In this document: positions 25,496-36,415 of the stretch, in pieces | Numbering within the stretch: position 1 is the first letter of the stretch | Layout: each line of letters starts with the position of its first letter | Source: Mobula hypostoma | Taxonomy: Eukaryota | Direction of reading: 5' to 3' | Assembly (NCBI RefSeq): GCF_963921235.1 | Contig: NC_086097.1 | Location: forward strand, 229,464,001 to 229,528,000 | DNA length: 64,000 nucleotides | Made by a program: the position numbers and the translations under genes | The notes under the pieces: model-generated | The model's input: the letters and a program-made list of their open reading frames with translations, nothing else | The model's database searches: none | What the model was told of the DNA's origin: nothing

Positions 25496-26491
25496 CACAT
25501 CTTCTTACCCCAAACCTCCTTTTTCTCCATCACCATTTTATGATGTGAGTTTCTGTAATGAGGTTTCTTTGGAATTCGACTGTTGTATTATGGCAAAGCA
25601 TCCTGAATGTGCTTCAATCGTGTCCCCGGCCCAATTGTGTTCTTGATTGGATGTGCTTAAACACATTATGGGATATGAAAATGCAGTTAGAATCTGCCAC
25701 AATTCATTTGCAATGTGTTTAAATTCCAGTGTTTAGAATTTCAAGTGTTACACTTATTTCCTCTTAGCACTTCCTAATCCACCTTGGTGCTCTGCTGTTT
25801 TCCACCACCTCTTAGAATTTTGCCACTGTGTTGTTGAAATGTTAATCTGACAGTTTTGACAGCCTTGGGGGAAAAAATCAAGTCATTATATCTTTATCCT
25901 CTGTTGTGATCTTTGAGTCCTTGCCACTTGGTAGAACCAAACTGTTCACAACATTTCAGCACTGTTTTCTGAACCCAAGGAGATTTGCTCATTAAACTTG
26001 GCTCTTGTCTCAGAGCATCAGCTACTGAACCCCTCATTCATTTGGTGCCTCCATACGATCATCATGTGAGGTTTTTATTTTCCCTGTCCATAATATTGAG
26101 TTCTTCCATACTCTGCTGATTGGATACGCCCTGCAATATTCTCCTGTTATCTTGGGATATGCCATTTTCACTAGCTGTTAGAGTTGTTCAATTTAAAAAT
26201 TCTCATCTGCACAGTTACTTTTCTGCATAACTTTATTTCATATTCCTCTGTGGATTTCTCCAATGAAGCAAATTTCTATCTTCCTAACTTTTCTCTCTCT
26301 GTACATCACTTCTGATTGGCTTGGTCAGATTTATCTCTAAAGTCCTTCTGCCTTCCTTGCCTTTTAAGAGCAACACACACTAAATCTGGAGGAACTTTTT
26401 AAAATTAACACCCTGTTGTCGTCTTTTAACAGGGTCAGCTTTTCTCAGACATATGTGCACATTGATGGTTGTCAAGATTGTTGCATTTTAA

Positions 26492-27535
26492 ATGCTAACT
26501 GTAGTCAGCCGTATTGAAATGCTGTAATCCTTTCCTAGGTGCAAAGTCACTACTCAGCAGGAAAAATGTAGTGATGCTACATGACATGATGACGTGACAG
26601 TAGTGGAGCTCATAACAAACAGCAGTGAGATGGAGAAGGCAAATAACCTTTAATGCCAACAAGACAAAGTTCAAGTTTATTGTCATTCAGTTGTGCACGT
26701 GTATACTGCCAAACGAGACAGTGTTCCTCCAGTCCAAGGTGCACAACACAGTACATACAGTTGCAAGAAAAAGGCAGTTACCTGGTTTTCTGCATTAATT
26801 ACTTATAAAATGTGTTCTGACCTTAATCTAAGTCATAATAGTCTGCCTAAGCTAAGGACACCCAAACAATTGTACTTTATTGAACACATTGTTTAATTAT
26901 TCACAGTCGAGGCTGGAAAAAGTATTCACCCCCTTTGGAGCTTTTCATGTTTTATTTTACAACATTGATTCACCCCTTTCAAGTCAGTATTTAGTAGATG
27001 CACATTTGGCAGCAATTACAGCCTTGAGTTTGTGTGGATAGGTCTCTATCAGCTTTGCACATCTGGACACTGCAATTTTTCCCCATTCTTTAGAAAATAG
27101 CTCAAGCTCTGTCAGATTGCATGGGGATTGTGAGTGAACAACCACAATTTCTCAACTGGATTGAGGTCTGGACTCTGACCTGGCCACTCCAGGATATTAA
27201 CTTTGTTTTTAAGCTATTCCTATGTAGCTTTATGTTTGGTGGCATGATCTTGCTGGAAAACAAATCTCCCAAATCACAGTTTTTTGCAGACTACATCAGA
27301 TTTTCCTCCAGGATCTCACTGTATTTTGCTGCATTAATTTTACCCTCTACCTTCACAAGCTTTCCAAGGCCTGCTGCTGTGAAGCATGAGGCCGTCACCA
27401 TGCAAACTGGAGTCAGCCATATTGAAATGTTGTAGTCCTTTCCTAGGTGCAAAGTCAGTAGGAAAAATGTAGTGATGCTACATGACATGATGACATGACA
27501 ATGGTGGGGCTCATAAAAAACAGCGGTAAGGATGG
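26492..27535 (+). repeat. ~135-bp direct repeat pair (26492-26633 and 27400-27535)
   Basis: Shared text 'agtcagcc.tattgaaatg.tgta.tcctttcctaggtgcaaagtca...ggaaaaatgtagtgatgctacatgacatgatgac'; the second copy interrupts a Tc1 transposase. Confidence 0.9.
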
Positions 27536-28340
27536 TGTGTTTTTGATGATATGTGGTGTTTAGTTTATGCCAAACATAATGTGTAGTCTGATGGCCAAAA
27601 AGCTCAATTTTGGTTTCCTCAGACCATAGAACCTTCTCCCAGCTGACTTCTGAGTCTCTCACATGCCCTCTGGCAAACTCTAGCTGAGATTTCATGTGAG
27701 TATTTTTTTTTCCAACAGTGTCTTTCTCTTTGCCACTCATGCATAAAGCTGCAACTGGTGAAGCACCTGGGCAACAGTTGTATGCAGTCACTCCCATCTC
27801 AGCCACTGAGGCTTGTAACTCCTCCAGATTGTCATAAGTCTCTTATTGGCCTCTTTAAATAGCCCCCTTCTTGCATGGTCACAGTTTTTGAGGACGGCCT
27901 TCTTCAGGCAGATTTACAGCTGTGCTGCCATGTTCTTTCCATTTCTTGATGATTGAGTTAACTGTACTCCAAGGGATTCAGTGACTTGGAAATTTTCTTG
28001 GATCCATCTCCTGACTTGTGCTTTTTAATAACCTTTTTTTGCTGAGCTCCTGGAGGGCTCTTTTGTCTTCATGGTGTAGATTTTGCCAAGATACTGACTC
28101 ACCAGCTGTTGGGGCCTTCCAGAAACAGGTGTATTTTTTTTTTAACTACAATCAGTTGAGACACCATGACTACACACTAGAGATCACCATTTAACTAGTT
28201 ACATGACTTCTACAATCAATTGGCTTCACCAGTGATGATTTGGTGTGTCACATTAAAGGGGGTTAATACTTATGCAATCAATTATTGTTTTATTTTTGTA
28301 ATTAACTTAGATCATTTTGTGGTCTATTTTCACTTTGACA

Positions 28341-30124
28341 GGGATCTGTTCTGGGTCCCCTCCTCTTTGTGATTTTCATAAATGACCTAGATGAGGAAGT
28401 AGAAGGGTGGGTTAGTAAGTTTGCTAATGACACAAAAGTTGAGCAGTACTACAAGACAACAATTGTATTATATTTCACCAATTTAAGGTAATATTCAATG
28501 TAAAAAATCATAGAAAGTTAACATCCTAGGGTGTACAGTACAGTACTCACCAACAGTGGCAGATGTGTTCGCTCCGGGAGATGAATGGTTGTTCTGGTGT
28601 CGGGCAGCTTTACATGGATAAGGTGGATGGTTGTGGTCGTCAGGATCATATCAAGCACAGCAAGGGGTGAATGAAGACTCACAGAACTCTTAGAGCTGCC
28701 GGTAGCAGGAGATGAAACCGATTTGAAGAAAGTGGTGAGGGTTGTTTGCTTGGCAGCATTTTGTTTTTCAGCATAAATTTGCTTGTAGGGAAGAAGGCTT
28801 GATGGCAGGGAACGACTGAAATGCTGACTCTGTTCTAAACTGGGGTCCAGTCCATCACTATTTGTGCCAAGTGTTCCGACTTCCACCATTCACTCACAGT
28901 TGGTAAACTCCCGGGATTTTCAAAATCGCCTGTTGCTTGCAGAATCTGAGAGATAGTTTGCCGTAATAAAAAAAAACATACACCTTGAATGTGGATCACA
29001 TCTTGGTCGAGTAGTTGAATCATCGATGTTGTGTTAGGCGGCAGGAAACACACTGTTATGTTAGGATGAATGCTGTCCAAATGTTTCGGATGGGCTGGCG
29101 CATTGTCAAGCAACAAAAGAACTTTAAAGGCAAGATTCTGTTCCCGACAGTGGTGTCCCAGAGCTGTGTTACCTTAAGCTGATGCTGCGCTGTTTGTAAT
29201 TTCCAACATTTTTTCAAATGTTAAAGTGGTTCTCTGCCACTCGGCTGATGGCCCAGGACATGACATAGGGCGCTTGAGAGGCATAGTTAAATATTTCAAG
29301 CACAAAATCACTGCACCGTAGGTAAAACCAACAAAAGTTTTAAGAGCGCAAGATTGTGCATCCACACCTTGCCAAAACCAATGTGAGACTGGCGGGAGTG
29401 AGATTGTGAGGCGTGCGAACCTGACTTGTATTGGCAGGAGAGTGCTGCTTCTCATCCCAACAGTGAGACTGTGAGGTGTGCACACGTGACTTGTATTGGC
29501 GAGAAAGCAGTGTTCCTCGCATAACTGAGAGTTTTGGACGCATATAAGGAGACGTTGGTAGAAATAGGTTCCTGGCATAACTGTGAATCTGCATTGTCTG
29601 AAGATGCATATAACAAGGATAGGGTGTACTGTGTTCAGTTTTGGACACCTCACTACAGGAAGGACGTGGATACTATAGAGAGAGTGCAGAGATTTACAAG
29701 GATGTTGCCTGGAATGGAGAGTATTCCTTATGAGAACAGGTGGAGTGAACTTGGCCTTTTCTTCTTGGAGTGATGGAGGACGAGAGGCATTGATTGTGTG
29801 GATAGCCAGAGGCTTTTTCCTAGGGCTGAAATGGCGAACGCAAAGGGGGAATAGTTTTAAGATGCTTGGAAGTAGGTACAAGGGGGATGCCCGAAGCAAG
29901 TTTTTTTTTTACATGGAGAATGATGGGTGCGTGGAATACACTGCCAGCGACGGTGGCGGATAAAAATGGGTCTTTTAGGAGATTCTTAGATAGGTACAAG
30001 GAGCCTAGAAAAATAGAGGGCTAGGCACTAGGGAATTTCTAGACAGTTTCTAGAGTAGGTTACATGGTCAGCAGAACATTGTAGGCTGAAGGGCCTGTAA
30101 TGTGCTGTAGGTTTCTATGTTCTG
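28341..30124 (+). mobile_element. CR1 3' fragment nested in Tc1 B
   Basis: [10 protein letters not shown] at 28340; YCVQFWTPHYRKD at 29627; tail ttctatgttc; TSD tgaca at 28336-28340 and 30125-30129. Confidence 0.8.
28444..29626 (-). mobile_element. pogo/Tigger transposon remnant nested in CR1
   Basis: LLDNAPAHP..VCFLPPNTTSMIQLLDQDVI (DDE_1-type), N-terminus MPLKRP..RTTLTFEKMLEI, C-terminus KQTTLTTFFK; one terminus next to TA at 29627. Confidence 0.8.
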
Positions 30125-30983
30125 TGACATGAAAGAGTCATTTTCTATTGATGTGTTAAAAAAAGCCAAATTAAATCCACTCTGATTCAATGTTATAAAC
30201 CAATAAAACATGAAGACTTCCAAGGGGTGGGGGGGATGGTTAATACTTTTTATAGGCACTGTATGTGAACCCTTGTTTTTAATAACAGGTAGAACCTCCT
30301 TTTAGCAGCAATAACCTCCACCAAGTTGTATCAAGACATTTTACAGGAAAATTTCAGGGTAGTGGTCCATCGCCCAAAGCTTTATAGAAATTGGATGATG
30401 CATCAAGACAGTGATCTGAAACACAAGTAAATCAATAACAGAATGGTCTAAAATGAACAACATTTGTGACTTAGAATGACCAAGTCAGAGTCCAGACCTT
30501 AACCCAATTAAGACGTTGTGACATGCCTGGGAGAGAGCTGCTCATGCAAGGAATCCCAGAAATATTATTGAACTAAAACAGTTTTGTGTGGCGGAATGGT
30601 CTAAAATTCCTCCTTGCCATTATGCGTCTGATCAGCAGCTATAGGAGGAGCTATCCAACGATGGAGGAGGTTATTGGTGCTAAAAGAGATTCTACCAGTT
30701 ATTACATACAGATACTTTTTCCAGCCTGGACTGTGAATGTATTCACAATGTACTTAATAAAGACATGAAAATACAATTCTTTGTGTGTTATTAGTATAGG
30801 CAGATTGTATTTGTCTATTATTGTGACTTGGATGAAGACCAGACCATATTTTGAGTAATTAATGCAGAAAACCAGGTAATTGCAGAAGGTTCAAACTTTT
30901 TCTGGCAAATGTATAGCTCACCAATATAACATACAAAGTAATATTGCCACAAATAAATTAACAAATATATGATGCAAGTTATA

Positions 30984-32080
30984 TGAGGGGTGATTGATAA
31001 GTTCGTGGCCTAAGGTAGACAGAGTCAATTTTAGAAAACCTAGCACGTTTATTTTTCAACATAGTTCCCTCCTACATGTACACACTTAAAGGCTGATTTA
31101 TACTTGTATGTCAAATGTACGCCGTAGGTACTGCACCTACGCCGTACCGTACACTGTAGGGTGATGTGCACCTCCCCAAAAATGTAACTCGCCTGTTACG
31201 GCGCTGCAGACCACAACAACTGTGATTGGTCTGCTTGGTAGCATCGCATTTCCTTATATGCATTTCCGGTTGCTTTTGTCTGCCATGTCTGTATACTGAT
31301 GTAAAATAAATGGTTGGAGACGATGAACCAAATCGTCAAATCTACCTGCTGACATCCGAAAATATTTGAAGTACATTTCCTCGTCCATGTTCCTCACGAA
31401 GAAACTCAACACAGTGGCATAGAAACCCCACCGCCAACTAGTGTTTTGGTGGTGAATTGCAGAGTGACGCAGACACAACTACGCATGCTCGCTATGGCGT
31501 AGGGCTATGCAAAAGTATAAATCAGGCTTACGGCATACCCTGTACGCACAAGTATAAATCTGCCTTTAGTCCAGCGGTTGTGGAGCATGTGGCTCCCTTC
31601 TTTGTAGAAGTGGCCCACAGCAGGGCTGACTGATAAGTTTGTGGCCTAAGGTAGAAGGAGGTGAGTTATTAACTTCAAACTTTCTGCATTATAACTCAAA
31701 GAGTTGAACTGCACGTGCATGTAATGAGAGTGTCTTGAACCTCCAGGTGGCCCACAGCAGGGGTGATTGATAAGTTTGTGGCCTAAGGTAGAAGGAGATG
31801 GGTTATACAGCTCTCGTCACATGCACGTGCAGTTCAATTTTCAATGAAAATGCCGAAAGTTTGAAGTTTCTCATCTCCTTCTACCTTAGGCCACAAACTT
31901 ATCAATCACCCCTGGTGTGTGCCACTTCTGGAGGTCCAAGACGCCGACTTCTACAAAGAAGGGATCCGTATGCTCCATAACCGCTAGACTAAGTGTGTAA
32001 ATGTAGGGATAATAAATGTGCTAGGTTTTCTAAAATTGACGCCTTCTGCCTTAGGCCACGAACTTAACAATCACCCCTCA
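30984..32080. mobile_element. mariner-type MITE with reiterated TIR motif
   Basis: TA-tgaggggtgattgataagttcgtggcctaagg ... ccttaggccacgaacttaacaatcacccctca-TA; extra copies of the motif at ~31623, ~31760 and, inverted, ~31876-31912. Confidence 0.85.
31089..31566 (-). mobile_element. PIF/Harbinger non-autonomous element nested in the mariner MITE
   Basis: TIRs aaggctgatttatacttg / caagtataaatctgcctt at a TTA site; transposase scrap [28 protein letters not shown]. Confidence 0.8.
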
Positions 32081-32489
32081 TAAGTTAACACTATATTACG
32101 CTCCTGACTCTTCAAATGTGATGAGACCTGGGTCATACCAGGGAGTTCAGTAGTCTTGTGGCTGACAAAGAAGCTGTTTTCTATCCTAACAGTTCTTGTC
32201 CTAATGATGCAGTACATCCTGTCTGCTGGTAGGTGAAAGAGATTGTTGGATGGATAGGAGGGATCACTGATAACACTAATTGCTCTGCATATACTGTGCT
32301 CCTGATAAATATCTCTAATGGGTGGAAGAGAGACCCTGATGTTCCTCTCAGTAGTCTTCACATTCCTTTGTAGGGACTTGTGGTCAGATACTTTGCAATT
32401 CCTGTACCAGACAGCGGTGCTGCTGGTCAGGACACTCTTGATGCTCCTGTAAAAACTGGTTAAAATTGGGGAGGTCGCCTTACTCATCT

Positions 32490-32975
32490 CAATCTCGTCA
32501 TGGTTACTGACTAAAGGAAAACCCACACCACTCACATTCCTCTTCACATCAGCGACATGGTAATGGAGCTGCGAGCTGTTTCAATCTCCTGGGGGTGCAC
32601 ATCTTATGGTCCCAGAACATCTACTCCACAACCATGAAGACTCACCAATGCCTCTATTTTCTGAGGAGGCTGAATAGAGCCAGATTATGCGATTAATACT
32701 CATGGCATTCTACAGATGTGCAATTGAGTGCATCCCAACATGCCACATCACTGTGTTATACAGAAGCTGCGCTGCGGCAGACAGCAGGATCTACAGCGAG
32801 TAGTTAAACCTGCCCAGTGTTTCACTTGCACCAGCCTACCCAGCATCAGGATTGCTTTTATATTTATATTCATTATTTTGTTTTGCTCATTGTTTTTATT
32901 TATACTGCACCGGATCTTCAATCATTTTGTTCTCTCTTACACTCGTGTACTGAAGAACAACAATAAACAACCATG
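32490..32975 (+). mobile_element. Degenerate Rex1/Babar 3' fragment
   Basis: FLRRL, FYRCAIE and DLQRVVKPAQ remnants; AATAAA tail. Confidence 0.55.
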
Positions 32976-33170
32976 ACCCTTGGATGCTTGAACAGCTGTA
33001 AGAGACTTGCAGGTATATTGCCATGATTGGAAAATTGTGCAAGTAGGTGGAGAATAGGGAAGCTGGGATGATTTTTGGAACAAAGGAGGGACAATTTAAT
33101 TGATATGTACAAAATTGAGAGATTGGGTGAACAGAAAAGACTTGTTTCTTCGAGGAAAGAGGTTAATTAA

Positions 33171-34073
33171 TTCAAGTTTCATTTATTATCAGAGTGTACA
33201 AATTATAAATTATACAACCTTGAGATTTGATTGCTCATAGGTAGCTGAAAAGCAAGAAACACAAAAGAACCCAATTAAAGAAAAATATGCAAATAAAAAT
33301 AAAAGACCAACACTATGCTCAAGAGGAAAAGAAACATGCAAACTGTTGAAACGAGCATAAGCATTCTGAACCCAAATTGAGTCCTCAGATCTGAATCCCA
33401 GAGTAGGCCAAAGCCTTGCTTAGTTCATTATTAGTGGGCACAGGGGCACAACAGCCAGGGCAGTCTTTGTAGTCTCGGCGCCATGGAGACAACCTTTGCG
33501 GAGAATGAGCGAAATTGGCTGTGTCCCAACTGATATATTGTCTTTAATACAGTCTATCTGGGCTGGCTTTTAAATTGACCCAACAACGGAACAGCAAAAG
33601 GCTCCGTGCCTTGGAAAGAGGAGTGATCGTTGCAGAGAGCGAGCGAAATTGGCTCTCGCTTCCGATCTGGGCTGTCGTTTAAATGGTTTAAACAGCACAC
33701 TAGGACCTAGGCACTGCTGCTCGAAATGCTCTGGGGTCATATTTTGCCACCCAGTGACTTGCTCTAAGCCCAGATTTCACCCCCCAGCCTGAAGCTGCTC
33801 TCAAGCTCTTAAAATCAGCTTGATGCCCAGACCAATCCAACCTCGCAGCTGGGCCAGTTGAATGAGCATGGGAACTTCAGAATTCTGCAACACACCACCT
33901 CGGCTCATTCCGCGAACTCGCCTCGCCATTGTTCGTCCCTTCACTGCTAACATCAATAATTTAATGCAATTCCTTCAGAAAAGCTATTTTTAGTGATGTT
34001 TTTGTCAGATTTCTTATCTTTTTGACTACCAAAAGCTGTTGCATCCTTTTGGCAGTGCCATCTTAACCGGAAC
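33171..34073 (-). mobile_element. Non-coding SINE-like element with Rex/Babar-type ends
   Basis: On the - strand it starts gttccggttaagatggc and ends 'tgataataaatgaaacttgaa'; internal repeat 'gagcgaaattggct' (~33507, ~33641). Confidence 0.5.
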
Positions 34074-34227
34074 CTAAGGGAGGTAATAAGTAAGGGAGTT
34101 TGGGAAAGAGTTGAGTGTCTTTGTTTATTCATCCACAGAAGAGTTATGTTCTGGAGATTATGGCCTTGTAAGGGTGGCAAGAGCAGATTCACCCCATTGA
34201 AAAGATGTCTGGATGAAGAGCTGTAAC

Positions 34228-35190
34228 TTGGATGAGGGAATTAAATGCAGCATCTCCAAGTTTGTGGATGACATGAAGCTGGGCGGCAGTGTTAGCTGTG
34301 AGGAGGATGCTGAGAGGATGCAGGGTGACTTGGATAGGTTAGGTGAGTGGGCAAATTCATGGCAGATGCAATTTAATGTGGATAAATGTGAAGTTATCCA
34401 CTTTGGTGGCAAGAACAGGAAAACAGATTATTATCTGAATGGTGGCCGGTTAGGAAAAGGGAAAGTGCAACGAGACCTGGGTGTCATTATACACCAGTCA
34501 TTGAACGTGGGCATGCAGGTACAGCAGGCGGTGAAAAAGGCGAATGGTATGCTGGCATTCATAGCAAGAGGGTTCGAGTACAGGAGCAGGCAGGTACTAC
34601 TGCAGTTGTACAAGGCCTTGGTGAGACCACACCTGGAGTATTGTGTGCAGTTTTGGTCCCCTAATCTGAGGAAAGACATCCTTGCCATAGAGGGAGTACA
34701 AAGAAGGTTCACCAGATTGATTCCTGGGGTGTCAGGACTTTCATATGAAGAAAGACTGGATGAACTAGGCTTATACTCGTTGGAATTTAGAAGATTGAGG
34801 GGGGATCTGATTGAAACATATAAAATCCTAAAGGGATTGGACAGGCTAGATGCAGGAAGATTGTTCCTGATGTTGGGAAAGTCCAGAACGAGGGGTCACA
34901 GTTTGAGGATAAAGGGGAAGCCTTTTAGGACCGAGATGAGGAAAAACTTCTTCACACAGAGAATGGTGAATCTGTGGAATTCTCTGCCACAGGAAACGGT
35001 TGAGGCCAGTTCATTGGCTATATTTAAGAGGGAGTTAGGTATGGCCCTTGTGGCTAAAGGGATCGGGGGTATGGAGAGAAGGCAGGTACAGGGTTCTGAG
35101 TTGGATGATCAGCCATGATCATACTGAATGGTGGTGCAGGCTCGAAGGGCCAAATGGCCTACTCCTGCACCTATTTTCTATGTTTCTATG
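34228..35190 (+). mobile_element. Young 5'-truncated CR1 LINE
   Basis: Long open frame (KFVDDMK..PHLEYCVQFWSP..NLWNSLP); (ttctatgt)n tail; tgtaac on both flanks. Confidence 0.92.
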
Positions 35191-36379
35191 TAACCTAAAG
35201 ATTACAAAATTAGGCTAAGGAAATGGGAAAAAAGTTTGTTCATTCTTCTATCTTTTCTATCTTGGTAGGGTATTTGATGTGCCTTAAGAGTGCAAAATGC
35301 TAGCAGATAGTTGGATGTCCCCAGGCTTTGCCTGCAGGGAAGTAGTTGAGGCAATGTTCTATTGGGAACCAAAGGACTGGCCTCAGTACAGGTGAAGAAC
35401 AAAGATTTGCTTCATTGATAAGAGTGAAACCAGGCCTGAAGGAGTACAATAGCTAAAATAATGCACTTGTAATGCTACTGTGACACTGTAATTTACTTTG
35501 GGATCAATAAAGTGTCCTTCTCTCTCCTCTCTCTCTCTTCCCAGAGGTGGTTGAGAATCAGAGCTGGTATGGTCACTATTGAGAATAGTTAGGGGACAGA
35601 AGCCAGAACTGAATATGTATCTGCCTTGGGAATCTTGGGTTGACCTCTGTAATGTCCCTATCATCTGTCAAATTCAGGCAAAAGATTTATGTCTTTTCCT
35701 GATATTAAACATTTGTCATGCATCTGAGTACAAGTAAGTCCATAGCAATTATTTTTGTAATGCTTAGGGTTTCTTCTCCATTGAGAACAAGCAATTTTAA
35801 GCGGATCAAATTCAGAGTACCCTAGGAATCTGATTTCAAAGCAAATCTGGTTTTGGCTGTAGTAGACTTACTTAATTTTCACTATGACTACTGGGAAAAA
35901 AAGACCAAGTTTACTTTTACCATTCAGAAATATTTGAAAATCATTGCATTTTTTACCTCAGTCAAAGCTGAAGATTAGGAGATTGTTTGTCCATGTCATT
36001 GAGTACCATATTGTAGAATATGTAGAATTGTGTCTGGGTGTACACCATTATACTTGAGCTTATCATTCATGTTACTTGTTTTGTCATGATATTTATCTCA
36101 GTTTTGTCTAAGGCCTAGTATGGAAGTGAACCTAAGTGGATCTGCATTTCATTTATTCTATTATGTTTAAAATTTGTATCTGGTTACCATCACGTTAGAT
36201 GTGTGATGTTTTTAATACAGCTCCATTTCAATACAGGTATTGCGTTTGATCTCTAACAACAATATTTAAAGCAGCAAACACTAGGAATTCTGCAGATGCT
36301 GGAAATTGAAACTCAAGCAATGCACATCAAAGTTGCTGGTGAACGTAGCAGGCCAGGCAGCATCTCTAGGAAGAGGCAC

Positions 36380-36415
36380 AGTCGACATTTCAGGCTGAGA
36401 CCCTTCGTCAGGACT
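36380..36415 (-). ncRNA. Hammerhead ribozyme motif (PLE pLTR)
   Basis: - strand: agtc-CTGACGA-agggtctcagcct-GAAA-tg-TC-gact. Confidence 0.6.

Larger units (their letters stand above)
26917..30261 (-). mobile_element. Tc1-like element B nested in element A
   Basis: Transposase remnant LEFARGH..WEKVLWSEETKIELFG (27291-27806); right end 'aatactttttataggcactg-TA'; left tip missing. Confidence 0.8.
26758..30911 (+). mobile_element. Tc1-like element A, internally deleted, with long TIRs
   Basis: TA-cagttgcaagaaaaag ... ctttttctggcaaatg-TA; ~170-200-bp inverted termini; QD.D.KH and PSQSPDLNPI remnants at 30400-30510. Confidence 0.8.
26668..32480 (-). mobile_element. Rex1/Babar LINE 3' fragment hosting nested DNA transposons
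   Basis: Tail at 26668-26757, linker at 30912-30983, coding remnant at 32085-32480 (FYRSIKSVLTSSTAVWY..RTRTVRIENSFF). Confidence 0.7.

Noticed and set aside
34213..35118. 301-aa ORF as a host gene
   Set aside because: It is the C-terminal part of CR1 ORF2, opened by a chance ATG in flanking DNA.
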